Shown here one piece after another: positions 47,634 to 58,471 of a DNA stretch of 64,000 bases. Both the position numbers and the translations under genes were made by a program. The DNA comes from Zygnema circumcarinatum SAG 698-1b (lineage: Eukaryota > Plantae > Zygnematophyceae). The notes under the pieces are model-generated. The model was not told where the DNA came from. It made no database searches and saw nothing but the letters and a program-made list of their open reading frames with translations. The number at the start of each line of letters is the position of its first letter. The first letter of the stretch is position 1. The DNA lies in the NCBI GenBank assembly GCA_037447605.1, contig CM074808.1:4154001-4218000 (forward strand). Direction: 5' to 3'.

Positions 47634-50600
47634 TCTTCAGGTTTCCATTTACCTGTAATTATGGAGGTGGAGCACTTTTGTGGAGCTTCAAGTTGCAGGG
47701 TTGAGAGTTATCCAGTACACAGGGCCAGTACATGGGTGCTTGTCATGCTGCAAGCAGGGCGTGTGGTTTCAGGACTCTTCGATGAATGCAAGAGAGAACA
47801 ACGCCCGATTACCTTGTTCACCGATAATCAATCACCGATTGCCCTGGTGGGAAACCCGGTGTTTCACAAGCGGACCAAGCACATCAGAGTGCAGTACCAT
47901 TATGTACGGGAGTTGGTCGAGGAGGGTTTGATCGATGTGAAGTTCGTAGGCACGAAGGAGCAAGCCGCCGATATGCTGACGAAAGGAGTTAGCGGAGAAA
48001 CCCTGCTAGTGAATGGCAGGTTGGTTGGGCTGGCCCATGAAAACTGGGGAGTCCCAAAGAGGGGGGATTGTTAGTGCATAGGAGTGAGTCACTAGAGAAT
48101 TTGTTGTTGGGACATCAGTTTTGTGTGCGTGTGTTGTGCTGCGCTGGCGCGATATGCGCCTAGACCGACGGGCGGCGGTACGGACTTTGGTCGGTGGAGA
48201 GGCGCGGCGCGGCGGAGTCAGAAGTGACGAGGTGCGACGCGACAAATCGAAAACTGACATGGCGCGGACGCGGAGCGAATTGAAGATGTGACGTGACGCG
48301 CGAAACTGCGCGCGAATCGAAACTGACGCGGCGCGGCGTCAGCCTTTGGATTGGCCGATTCGGACTTGACGCGATGCGGCGTCAAATTGTCGGCGCGCGA
48401 TTCAGAATTGTACGGAGCTGCGTCGAATTGTCGGTGGCGTGAGACGACGCGAGGATTGACGCGTCATCTATCTTGGAGGCAAGGTCAGATCCTACGGCGC
48501 AAGACGTGGACTGAACCCAGAAGGCCGAGTCGGATCCACGGAGCAAAGGGCCGGATCCGTGCCAGTCACGAGCATCCGACGCGCAGTGATTAGGATCGGG
48601 GATAGGGCCTTGCAGGCCGCTGTTTGATGTTGTTAGCTCTGTTGCATGTTGTTGTCACGTGTGTTAGTATTGAAGGGTTGGCTTTTGTTATGTAGGGTAA
48701 CAATTCATTCAGCTGTAGTCTCGGGTATGTCGCTCGCCGTTAAGCGCATTAATTACACCTCTACTGCACAGTGGGAGGTGCAGTGGAGCTGCGAGATTGC
48801 TCTAGCCGCTTCATTTGAGAGGGGGTCTCAATGTATGAGTGAATCTCACTATTAAGGAGTTTTAGAGTCAGAGCTTTCTCCTATTCATTTCTCTCTCTCA
48901 TATTGGCCAGTATTATTGCTGTGATTCACTCTGTGAGTAAAATGGGCTATGAGTGAATGTGAGGGATTTGGAAATGTCATCGTCGATTGGAACGCGAACT
49001 CCGATGGAGGGTGACCCGAATGGAGGAACGGACGGCAGCAGTGGAGGAGTCCCTGCACCAACAGGTACGTTCTGCAAGCCCATTCTGCCAGGGGGAGTAA
49101 GGGCTAGAGGTGCGGTGAATGATGCGGAAGTCCTGCATGAGCTTGGCAAACGCCCCTCTTGTATTCGTGCCATTGTCGAGTGGACAAGAGTAGTGGGGAG
49201 AGAGTGGCGTGAATTATGGCCGCCGAGGCGAAGCGCAGGGATGGAATGCTTAGATCACAAGCAAGTGAACTTCCCACCCATCTCTTGGTGTATTCAGCTC
49301 CACGCTAGAAGACCCGAATGTAGGCCGCAGGGGGTGCTGAGCTGGGGATAAAAGGTGCCGGCTGTTCCACGCTTGCCGCTGGCAAATGGGTGTGTTTGAT
49401 GTAGCGCTCACCGCTACCTGGGCGGTGGAGGCCGGGCTAATAATAGCGCTCCCCGGGCAGCAGTGGCGACTATATCTTCTCGCCAAGGTGGGAATCCGGG
49501 CCAGGCTGGAATCGTGGGTGACATCTAGAATCTCCATGCTCGTTGGGGGAAAGGAACAGAAGGCTGCAGGAGGTAATAGAATTGGCCCTTTCATCATCAA
49601 ATGAGAAGTTCCGAAGCGCCAGCGGAGCAGCCGGTGCCCCTCTCAGTTGTCCCAGAGCAAAAGGGGGCAATGTGGGCGGGCGTCAGCGACGAAGCAGGCG
49701 AGTGAGTCCAATGGACGCCATTGGCTGAAATGGGGAGGAAGAAAGGGATTTTCACCATCGTCGTCCATGAGGAGTTCCCACGGATCCGCATGGGGGTGGC
49801 CGTGGGTGAAGTCAGGGTCCCGCCAAATATGGAGGGGTGGTGGCCGGGTCGGAATATCGACAAACGCCCCATCTCATGAATATGACATTATGCGTCTTGA
49901 TCTAAGAATAAAAATCTCACGGGAAGATGCCTGGGTGGTTCAAGAGGGTGGGTGGAGGGATGGGTTCGTGAAACGGCCGGATCGTGATGGGCAGGAGGGG
50001 AGCCGGCGATTGCGGATCGCAGGCCGCCAAGATTGCCGCGACTACTACTGACGGTGGAGTAAAATCTTGAGCACATTATACTCCTCCAATCACCCATCGC
50101 GGCAAACTTAGGTCGTAGGTAGCCATGATGTGCGTTTCAAGTGAGTGGCATGTGGTCGGGCCCTAATGATAATGGGCTGGTAGGTCGTGAAGAGCTTGAA
50201 CTTCCAGTGCCTGAGAATGGCCACTACCTCAGGGCTGCATTTCTGGTCTCGCTTCCTAACAAACTCTGCTAGCATAATCCGACCGGTGTTCCCCATCCGA
50301 AGGCTTGACTGGCCACGCTACGAAGCCCGCCCTCCGACTCCAGTCACAATGATGGTGGGCAGGTGGGGTCGAATCTTCGAAGCGAATCGAATTGATGCGC
50401 ATAAGCGAGCCTCAAGGAGGGCACTCTTGAGCGCCTGGAAGGCCAGATCTTGCGCTCGGCTCCATTCGTAGTGGACTCCGTGCTTCTCCAAGGCATGTAG
50501 GGGACGCGCGATAAGGGAATAGCCCTTGATGAACCGGCGATAGAATGAGGTGAGTCCCAAGAAAGACTTGAGCTGAGTGAGGTTCTGTGGAATCGGCATA

Positions 50601-52664
50601 AGGTCAATCGCTTCAATCTTGTCGAGTGATGGTTTTAGGCCATTGATGCCGAGGCGGTGCCCGAGATGAGTGATCTCCTGATGGCCCCATTTGCACTTCT
50701 TGGGTGCAATCTTCAAACGCGCACTGATGAGCTGTTGAAGTACTTGGTCAATGTGTTGCAGGTGGGAGGACCAGTCCTTGCTGTGGAGGGAAGCATCATC
50801 CACGAAGGCTCGCAGCGACAGGCCGAATACCTGCTGGCCGTGCGCCGTGAGTCTGGCTGGAATTCTGAGCCCAAAGGGAAGACCGGCCCACGCGACGTAA
50901 GCGCAGGGTCAGACAAAGCCCCTCGGCCTTGCAAAATATCAAATTGCCGCAGGGGGATTCGCCAAGGACTTCGCGATGTCTGTGGCCGAACCATCGGTCC
51001 TCAAAGAGACGCCGCGGAGAATCAGTCCACATCCGTAACGTGAGGCGATCCCACTTCGCTATGGCATTCGCCCGGAGTAGTCTCCACAAGCGATCAGGCT
51101 ATCCGGCTTTGGGGCAGAACGGCCGGTTGGCCCAAGGCCCTTCTCCGGGTTCCATCAATCCGGCAGCCACGTTCTCATCGATCTGTCGCTCGACATCGGC
51201 CTGCTGAGCGGCGGAAAAGCGGTAGGGAGTCATGGTCATCACGGGAGGGGCATCCCCCGTATCGATGTGATGCTCAATCAGGTGAGTCTTGCCGATGTCG
51301 AGTGAATGGCGTGCAAAAACCAGGTGATTTCGGCGCAGCACTTGGCGTAATTGAGAATGCTTGATCGGGTCTGAGAGGACTGCTGGCCCCAATCGCATCT
51401 GACCCTCTATCTCCAGCCACTCTTCATCACTGATGGTCTCGTGGGCTGGAAAGCTGGGTGCAGCTATCACCGGCGGCAAAAGTTCCTCCGTCGGCGCACA
51501 GAGGGCTGGATTCGGGGGAGCAGGAGGGGAAGTCTCGTCATCGGTATCAGAATTGGCCGATCCATAGGAAGAATGGGGGCTGCCGACAGCATGGTACATG
51601 GTGATCTCTGGGTAGGAGACCTGCGCCGTGGCGTGGCGTTTGGGGAAGGCGGAGGTGGCAAGGGACTCGAGGATGATGGGGAAGGAGCAGTCTGTCCCGC
51701 CAGCAGATAAGTGCAGCTGACACGTAGCAAAGTCGATTTGTGCTCCCATCGCAATGAGCCAATCTGAGCCCAGCAGGATAGAATAGTGCTCAACGGCCGT
51801 GATGACCGCATTCACCGTGGCTCCCATCTCGCCAAGGCTGATGATCACTTGGGCACTGCCCAATCCTTCATGTAGGCTCCCCTCACCCCATATCGGGAAT
51901 GGGCTCAGCCGCCTTGTCCAACTTAACACTTGCAGCCTTCATCACTGGTTTAGACAGAACTGTGCGCATAGCTCCAGTGTCGATCATGGCCTTGCTGGGA
52001 TGACCGTTCAGCCATACATTGACAATGATTCGCACGTTGGGTGTGGGGATCAGAGGGAGGATCTGAATCTGGCGAGGAGGATGGCGGGGAGAGCGAACTG
52101 GGTCCGGAGGAGGCGCCGTCGCCATGTGGTGGATATCGCCGGGCGAGGGATGTCCGAGGAGGTGCCATGGGAACTGCGTGTGTCGCAGGTGGACTCCGCG
52201 ACCGCCGTGGCCAGCTTACTTAATCCACACGGGCCGTTACCCGGTACCAGCTTTGCATCAATCAGGACAAGGTACGCTCGATCTTAGCCTTGTCTCCCAT
52301 GAGCTGATGAACCATGCGTTCAATCAGGGATAGGCCGTCTGTGGGGGGGGGTGGTCGACGATCGGCTGCTTGGGGGTAGAAACGGGCTGCCCGAGGGCGA
52401 TGGGGCGGGTTGACATGCATTTCTTCTGTCGCCGGTGCTGTCGGCTCTGGCTGCGCCTCTGTCGGCTCCTCCTCATTGAGATCGTCAGTTTCCTCCTCAG
52501 GCATGGATCCCAAGGGATGACCTGTGGAAGGAGGGAGGACTGAAGTTCTCCGGACAGGGGTGGCGACCGGTGGAGCCGTGCCGGAGGAGCTGGCGCCGTT
52601 GACATTGGCAGGGAGGAATGGCAGGGGATGTGAATGCGGATCACTTTGGTTGACNNNNNNNNNN

Positions 52665-53419
52665 CGGGCTTCAGCAAAACTCACCGAATCTTCCCGCACG
52701 TGCCGCCGTAAGCGGCGCTCGCTCGTCTTTCCTCCTTTTTGGTTCCGATACGACACGATACGATACGATACTGAACGACACGGTACGATACAGTACGATA
52801 TGGTACGGTACGATACGTACGGTCCAACACGAACTCTAACAATACCGCCCGTCTATTGGCAACACGAACCTTCTATTTGCAAAAATCAATATTTTTGCCT
52901 CATATTTGCCAAAACCATGGCGAAAATATGGACTGTTGACTGTAGTACGAATAGTACGGCTAACACTAGTTACCGTACAAAAAGGTGGTTTCTTCAAAAT
53001 CGGGGCGAATTTCTTGGGCACGCACTTTTGATGGTGGAAAATATGACGGGGTCCTACTGTACTAGCCGTCACGGGCTTACGGAAAACTCACCTAATCTCC
53101 CCGCACGTGCTGCCGTAAGAGGCGCTCACTCTTCTCCCCTTGTTCTTGGCTTCGATACGATACGACACGATACGAAACGCCCCGATATGGTACTATCCGT
53201 ACTAGCCGTACGAGCTGTAGTAGCCGTTACGCGCTCGAATTTAAACGATACGGTACGATATACCTGAAAACAATACGATACGATACGTACGAACTTACAT
53301 GAACTCTAACATAATTCCGCTCGCCTATTGGTAACACAGACCTGATATTTGCCAAAAACAATATTTTCACCGGATATTCGCTAAAACCAGGTGGAAAATA
53401 TGATGGGGTCCTACTGTAC
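52665..53419 (-). repeat. Two diverged head-to-tail copies of R1 (about 400 and 355 bp)
   Basis: Both units contain CGGGCTT..AAAACTCACC..CCCGCACGTG and (GATAC)n, and both end in GGTGGAAAATATGA.GGGGTCCTACTGTAC. Confidence 0.85.
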
Positions 53420-53431
53420 GCATTTCGGTAC

Positions 53432-54913
53432 GGCTGTGTACGGCGGAGCCGCGGATCCCGACCCGGAATTCGTACACGAAACTTTGACTTTTAGTATAAG
53501 GAATCCGGGAATTTCGTAAGCGAGCCACTTTGAGCAAACATATTAGTGTAGCGCAAGTAGGGGGAGTCAGACCTTGACCATCGCCAAATCAATTTCGCCA
53601 GCCCTTCGCGCCAATTCTGCTCTGTACGGCAGGCCTTTTTCGCCAAAAGTGGACGTTCGACAGGCTCGGGCGTCACGAATTCAAGAAAGCAATTATTTTA
53701 GGGTAGTGATATTTCCACCCCTTTTTTGGATCCAAACACCCCTTCCCGGCCGGGCAGATTTCAAAAGGGATTAAAAACGGAAAATGCTTTTTTCACACCT
53801 TTTCGGAATCGATACCCACCTTTCGTCGGCTGATTTTATTTTTGCTAACCAAGGAAAATGATACCCCGTCACCGCATTTTGAATACTGTATCCCGCCTCC
53901 CTGAATTTTTTTTTTGAGGGAAAGAAATATCTGCCTGCCCGAATCCGCTCGGAGCGGAAGATCCGTCCGCCACGAGATCGTTCGCGGGTGTCCGTCCTTC
54001 ACACGTGCGTGTCAATCGCATCTGTCGATTTCCCTCGCAGATCGCACCACTGCAGATCACCGTTCGATCTGCAGCCGGGCTCGATCTTAGCGAATGGAAA
54101 GCGCCCACGAGTCCCGCCAAAGCCGGATCGCAAGTGCGAGTGCGCGCGTCCCCCGGCCCGATATCTCGTGCATTGTCAGCTATCAGCCAATCAACATCTG
54201 CCACGTGTTAAATTTATGAGGTGGAAAACTTTGATTGGTCCAAGCTCTCAATGTACGAATTATTGGGTTCCTCAAAAGTTTCGACCGTACGACATTTGTA
54301 CGGACAAACCTTTGAGACGAGTTTGGCGGGATACGTGGGCACGTGCCATTCGCTGTGACCGAGCCCGGCTGCAGATCAAATACTGATCTGCCGTGTTGCG
54401 ATCTGCGAGGGAATCGACGGCTGCGATTGACCGCAAGCGTGAAAAAAATTCAGGTAGGCGGGATATTCAAAATGGGGTGACGGGTTATTTCCTTGTTTCG
54501 CAAAAATAAAATCTGCCGATGGAGGGTGGGTATCGATTCCAAAAAGGTGTGAAAAAAGCATTTTCCGTTTTTAATCCTTTTTGAAATCTGCCCGGCCGGG
54601 AAGGGGTGTTTGGATCCAAAAAAGGGGTGGAAATATCACTACCCTAAAATAATTGCTTTCTTGAATTCGTGACGCCCGAGCCTGTCGAACGTCCACTTTT
54701 GGCGAAAAAGGCCTGCCGTACAGAGCAGAATTGGCGCGAAGGGCTGGCGAAATTGATTTGGCGATGGTCAAGGTCTGACTCCCCCTACTTGCGCTACACT
54801 AATATGTTTGCTCAAAGTGGCTCGCTTACGAAATTCCCGGATTCCTTATACTAAAAGTCAAAGTTTCGTGTACGAATTCCGGGTCGGGATCCGCGGCTCC
54901 GCCGTACACAGCC
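53432..54913. mobile_element. About 1.5-kb foldback: GGGGG-TIR element (53560-54785) with about 530-bp inverted arms, plus 128-bp flanks that are also inverted
   Basis: 53432-53815 is nearly identical to the reverse complement of 54545-54913. Arms continue at lower identity to ~54090/54350 around a ~260-bp spacer. The right end abuts a gap. Confidence 0.85.
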
Positions 54914-54923
54914 NNNNNNNNNN

Positions 54924-55450
54924 CATATGCCAAGCATATGTTGTTATTTTTTCTAGTTGTTTTTATTCTATCTATCCATTCTTTATTCTATATATTATTC
55001 TATCTGCTTTTGCTACTGCTATTGCTATTGCGGCATGCTTTTTCTTTTGCTGCTACATTTTGCATTCCGCATTCCCTAGTCGGCATTCCGCATTCCGCAT
55101 TCTGCATTCCGCATTCTGCATTTTGCAGTCTGCCTCCCTTGCCCTTGCCCTGCCTCCCTTGCCTTTGCCCCTTACTATGTTGCCCTTGCCTCTGTCTACC
55201 GCCTCCAGTTCCTTTGCCTATGCTTGTGTTGTGTGTATGAATGTACGTTATTCCTCCCCTTCCAATTAAGTCGAAGTGGCAAATTGGTTACGCAACTATT
55301 GCAAAACAGTAATAGAAGGGTTCAAATTCCCTCTTCAACTTGTAGTGTTTATTCTATTTTTATTCATTTATAGTTTTGGTGTTTTTGCGTCATATGTCAA
55401 ATATTTGTTGTTATTTTTTTGTTGTCTTTTTTGCTTTTTGCCTTTATTTG
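54924..55450 (+). repeat. STR-rich unit of about 470 bp [(GCATTCC)n, (CCTTGC)n, tRNA-like, AT-rich] plus the start of a second unit
   Basis: CATATG..TTGTTGTTATTTTTT recurs at 54924 and ~55391. The unit is homologous, inverted, to 56130-56810. Confidence 0.85.
55270..55340 (+). tRNA. tRNA-Cys(GCA)-like sequence, degenerate copy (pseudo-tRNA)
   Basis: GTCGAAG TG GCAAATTGGTTACGC A ACTAT TGCAAA ACAGT AATAG AAGGG TTCAAAT TCCCT CTTCAAC T. Several stem mismatches relative to the 56494-56564 copy. Confidence 0.6.
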
Positions 55451-56129
55451 TTTCAATTGATAAAGATTGTATAAATGTTACTGAATCTTCCTTTTAGCAT
55501 ACACAACTACTACTCTTTCTTTGTTCTTATAAAAACACATTAACGCAAATAATTCATACACATGTATACATACACACAAACATATATAAAAATACTTCTT
55601 GTATACAAAATAAAAACCATGTCTCATTATAAAAACTTGTGCCATTCATTCTCAATTTAGTAAATACTGGCATCACTAAGACACCCCCCCCCTGCCCTCC
55701 CTCCCTCCCTCTCTCTATGCACACACTTTTTTGAGTTCTCCTATATTCTACTTTAAGCGATTGTAAATGCAAATAATATCATGTTTTAACATTGATGGGT
55801 TTTTACGCTGCTCCAATAATGCGTAATCTGTGTTCTTCTTAAGAATCTTAGATTTGTAATTTCTGTTCTTCCTAAAAATCTTGGATTCGCCTTGCCTCAG
55901 TAAACTCTCATTGTTGTTTCTCCCACTCCAATTCGTTGAATCTTTACTTGAGATTCCACTTCTTGATCTTGGATTTGCCTTGCCTCAGTAAAACTCTCAT
56001 TGTTGTTTCTCCCACTCCAGTCTTTGTCGTTGCATCTTTACTTGAGATTCCACACAAGCCATTACTTTGTGTTTCATTTGTACATTCATGGGAGAAGCGT
56101 ATTCAATGTTCTAAATTGCGCTAAAACAA

Positions 56130-56810
56130 CAACTCAATTCAAAGTTCAATGACATACAAATCATACACACAACAGAAGCATAAGCAAAGGAAGAGGGGCA
56201 CAAGCAAAGGCAAGGAAGACAGGCAAGGGCAACACAGCAAAGGGCAAAGGCAAGGGAGGCTGGGACAGGAGCGAGGGAGGCAAAATGCGTATTGCAGAAA
56301 ACAGCATCAAAAACAAAAAAAAAAGAATGTTGCAACAGCAGCAGAGCAACAGCAGATAGGATAAAATATAGAATAAAGAGTAGATAGATAGAATAAAAAC
56401 AACTAAAAAAAAATAACAACAAATATTTGGCATATGAAGCAAAAACACAAAAAGTTTAAATAAATAAAAATAGAAAAGTGAATAAACACTATAAGTTGAA
56501 GAGGGGATTTGAACCCCTTTATTACTGTTTTGCAACAGTTGCGTAACCAATCTGCCACTTCAACTTAATAGGGAGAGGAAAGAATGACATACAATCATAC
56601 ACACAACAGAAGCATAAGCAAAGAAACGAGGGGCAAAAGCAAAGGCAAGGAAGACAGAGGCAAGGGCAACACAGCAAGGGGCAAAGGCAAGAGAGGCTGG
56701 AGCAAGTGCAAGGGAGGCAGAATGCGGAATGCGGAATGCGGAATGTCGAATGCGGAATGCCGAATGCCGAATGCGGAATGGGAAATGCAGCAGCAAAAAA
56801 AAAAAAATGA
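56130..56810 (-). repeat. Tandem copies (about 1.7) of the same STR-rich unit, opposite orientation
   Basis: ATGACATACAA(A)TCATACACACAACAGAAGCATAAGCAAAG and the GGCAAAGG/GGCAAGG runs repeat at ~56148 and ~56584. (GGAATGC)n lies at ~56720-56785. Confidence 0.85.
56494..56564 (-). tRNA. tRNA-Cys(GCA)-like cloverleaf with a 6-nt anticodon loop
   Basis: GTTGAAG TG GCAGATTGGTTACGC A ACTGT TGCAAA ACAGT AATAA AGGGG TTCAAAT CCCCT CTTCAAC T. Perfect 7-bp acceptor, 5-bp anticodon and 5-bp T stems, box B GGTTCAAATCC and U73, but the loop is one base short. Confidence 0.7.
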
Positions 56811-57670
56811 ATGCTGTTGTCCAGCAAAAAAACAAAATGAATGCTGTAGCAGCAGCAGCAAGAGCAGCAAGGACAGCAACCGCAACAGCAGCAGCAGCAG
56901 CAGGAGGAGGAGCAGGAGTGGGAGCAGGAGCAGCAGCACAACAACAGTAGCAGCAGCAGAAAAAGAAGCAGAAGCAATAGGCGCAACAGCAGTAGAAAAA
57001 GCAGCAGCAAAAAAACCAGAAGCAATAAGAGCAACAACAGAAGCAGAAGCAACAGCAGCAGCAGCACCAACAGCAACAACAACAGCAGCAGTAGCAGCAG
57101 CAGCAGAAAAAGAAGCAGCAGCAATAGCAACAGCAGACGCAGAAGCAGCAGCAATAGCAACAGCAGACGCAGAAGCAGCAGCCAGCACCAGCAGCAAGAG
57201 CAGCAGCAGCAATAGCAGCAGCAGCCATAGCAGCAGCAGCAGCAGCACCAATAGCAACAACAACAGCAGTAGTAGCAGCAGCAGCAGAAAAAGAAGCAGC
57301 AGCAGTAGCAACAGCAGAAGCAGCAAAAAACCAGCAGCAGCAGCACAGCAATAGCAACAACAGCAGAAAAAGAAGCAGCAAAAAAAAACTGGACAAAACA
57401 GCAACAGTAAAAAAACACAGCAGCAGCAGCAAGAGGAACAGCAGCAACAACAGCAGCAGCAAGCAGTGTAACAACAGAAGCACGAGCAGCAGCAGCACAG
57501 AAATAGCAGCAGCAGCAAAAAAAAGCACCAGCAAGAAAAGCAGCAGCAACAGCAGCACAGCAATAGCAACAGCAGCAGAAAAAGAAGCAGCAAAAAAAAA
57601 CCAGCAGCAGCAGCAGAAACAGCAGCAGCAAAAAAACCAGCAGCAGCAGCAGCAGCAGAAAGAGCAGCAA
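56786..57670. repeat. Complex (GCA)n/A-run minisatellite (about 40-bp higher-order units such as AACAGCAGAAAAAGAAGCAGCA)
   Basis: Seen directly. It accounts for the long poly-L/C/A ORFs at 56522-57760. Confidence 0.9.
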
Positions 57671-57994
57671 GGGAGACAAGGGAGGCATGGGCCAGGGCGA
57701 GGGAGGCAGGGGCAGGTGCAAGGGCAAGGACTCACCGCTGCTCAACTCCGCCGTCGTCACTTCGCGTCCTCGCTGACCACTCTCCCGTGGTGCTTAGAGG
57801 TCCGTGAGGACGCGGTTGCCGCAAGGTGGGTGTTGTTGGTGGGAGAAAGAGAAACCCTATAACTGTGCCAGCACTGAAACGCTGCTCTGCGCGGCGGCGG
57901 GTCGCGGCGTCCGGGCGGCGGCGGTGAGGCGCTCGCACGTGCGTGACGCGCATGGCGACAAGGCGGGCACGATCTCCTCATCGGNNNNNNNNNN

Positions 57995-58227
57995 GAAACG
58001 CAGGGCCTCCGGAGGCCCTGCGTTTCGGCGAGCAGAATTCAGAAATTTGGGGGCATTTTTGTAACCTATTCCGTCGTACGGACGTGACACACAGGTTCGG
58101 GGGGAGCCGCGGTTTCCGACCCGAATTCGGCATTCGAAATCAATACCTTTTCGCCGGCGAAATCTTTCAATTCCACCGGCGATGGTCAAGGTCTGACTCC
58201 CCCTGATGGTCAAGGTCTGACTCCCCC
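57995..58227. mobile_element. Right end of a GGGGG-TIR family element with a tandemly duplicated terminus
   Basis: GCGATGGTCAAGGTCTGACTCCCCC-T-GATGGTCAAGGTCTGACTCCCCC|ta, with subterminal GGAGCCGCGG..CCGACCCG.AATTC as in the 12296 element. The left part is lost in the gap. Confidence 0.8.
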
Positions 58228-58471
58228 TATTGCAGAACCTTGGCCAAGCTCAACTAGACTCGCTGGCTTTTCTTGCACCGCGGAGGAGATTGTGAAAGTT
58301 CATTGAACTTACGATGGCGAGGCGAGATGAAGATGGAGTGTATGAGTGGATGGAGTGTTTCATTTGGTATCAGAGCCATGTCAACAGCCAAGAGGTACGG
58401 CAGCGCAGCTGGGGGCGGGGGAGGGGACGGGAGGGAAGCGGAGCCGAGTGGAGCACGGGCCCGGGCGCGCC

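Larger units (their letters stand above)
40571..49063 (+). mobile_element. Copia-2: Ty1/copia element with about 1-kb LTRs, gag disrupted by Gypsy-B
   Basis: 5' LTR 40571-41492 (contains a gap), 3' LTR 48069-49063. TSD GGTAT/GGTAC (one mismatch). Degenerate PBS TGGTATCGAG at 41495 and PPT AAAGAGGGGGGAT at 48056-48068. Confidence 0.92.
39839..52654 (-). mobile_element. Gypsy-A: degenerate Ty3/gypsy internal region (gag-PR-RT-RH-IN), split in the integrase by Copia-2
   Basis: Protease AMIDTGA (~51985), SILLGSDWL, HHIDTGDAPP..PYR, AFVDD (~50805), LKSFLGLTSFYRRFIKGYS.IARPL, integrase SPYSPWQNGLAERT|IQTVK across the Copia-2 insertion, YNTSVHSSTGFSPYELLYGR and WLGPF. Many frameshifts; no chromodomain seen; both ends abut gaps. 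Confidence 0.9.

Noticed and set aside
56522-57760. Overlapping 250-410-aa poly-Leu/Cys/Ala/Ser ORFs
   Set aside because: Open in several frames on both strands because (GCA)n/A-run repeats lack stop codons.
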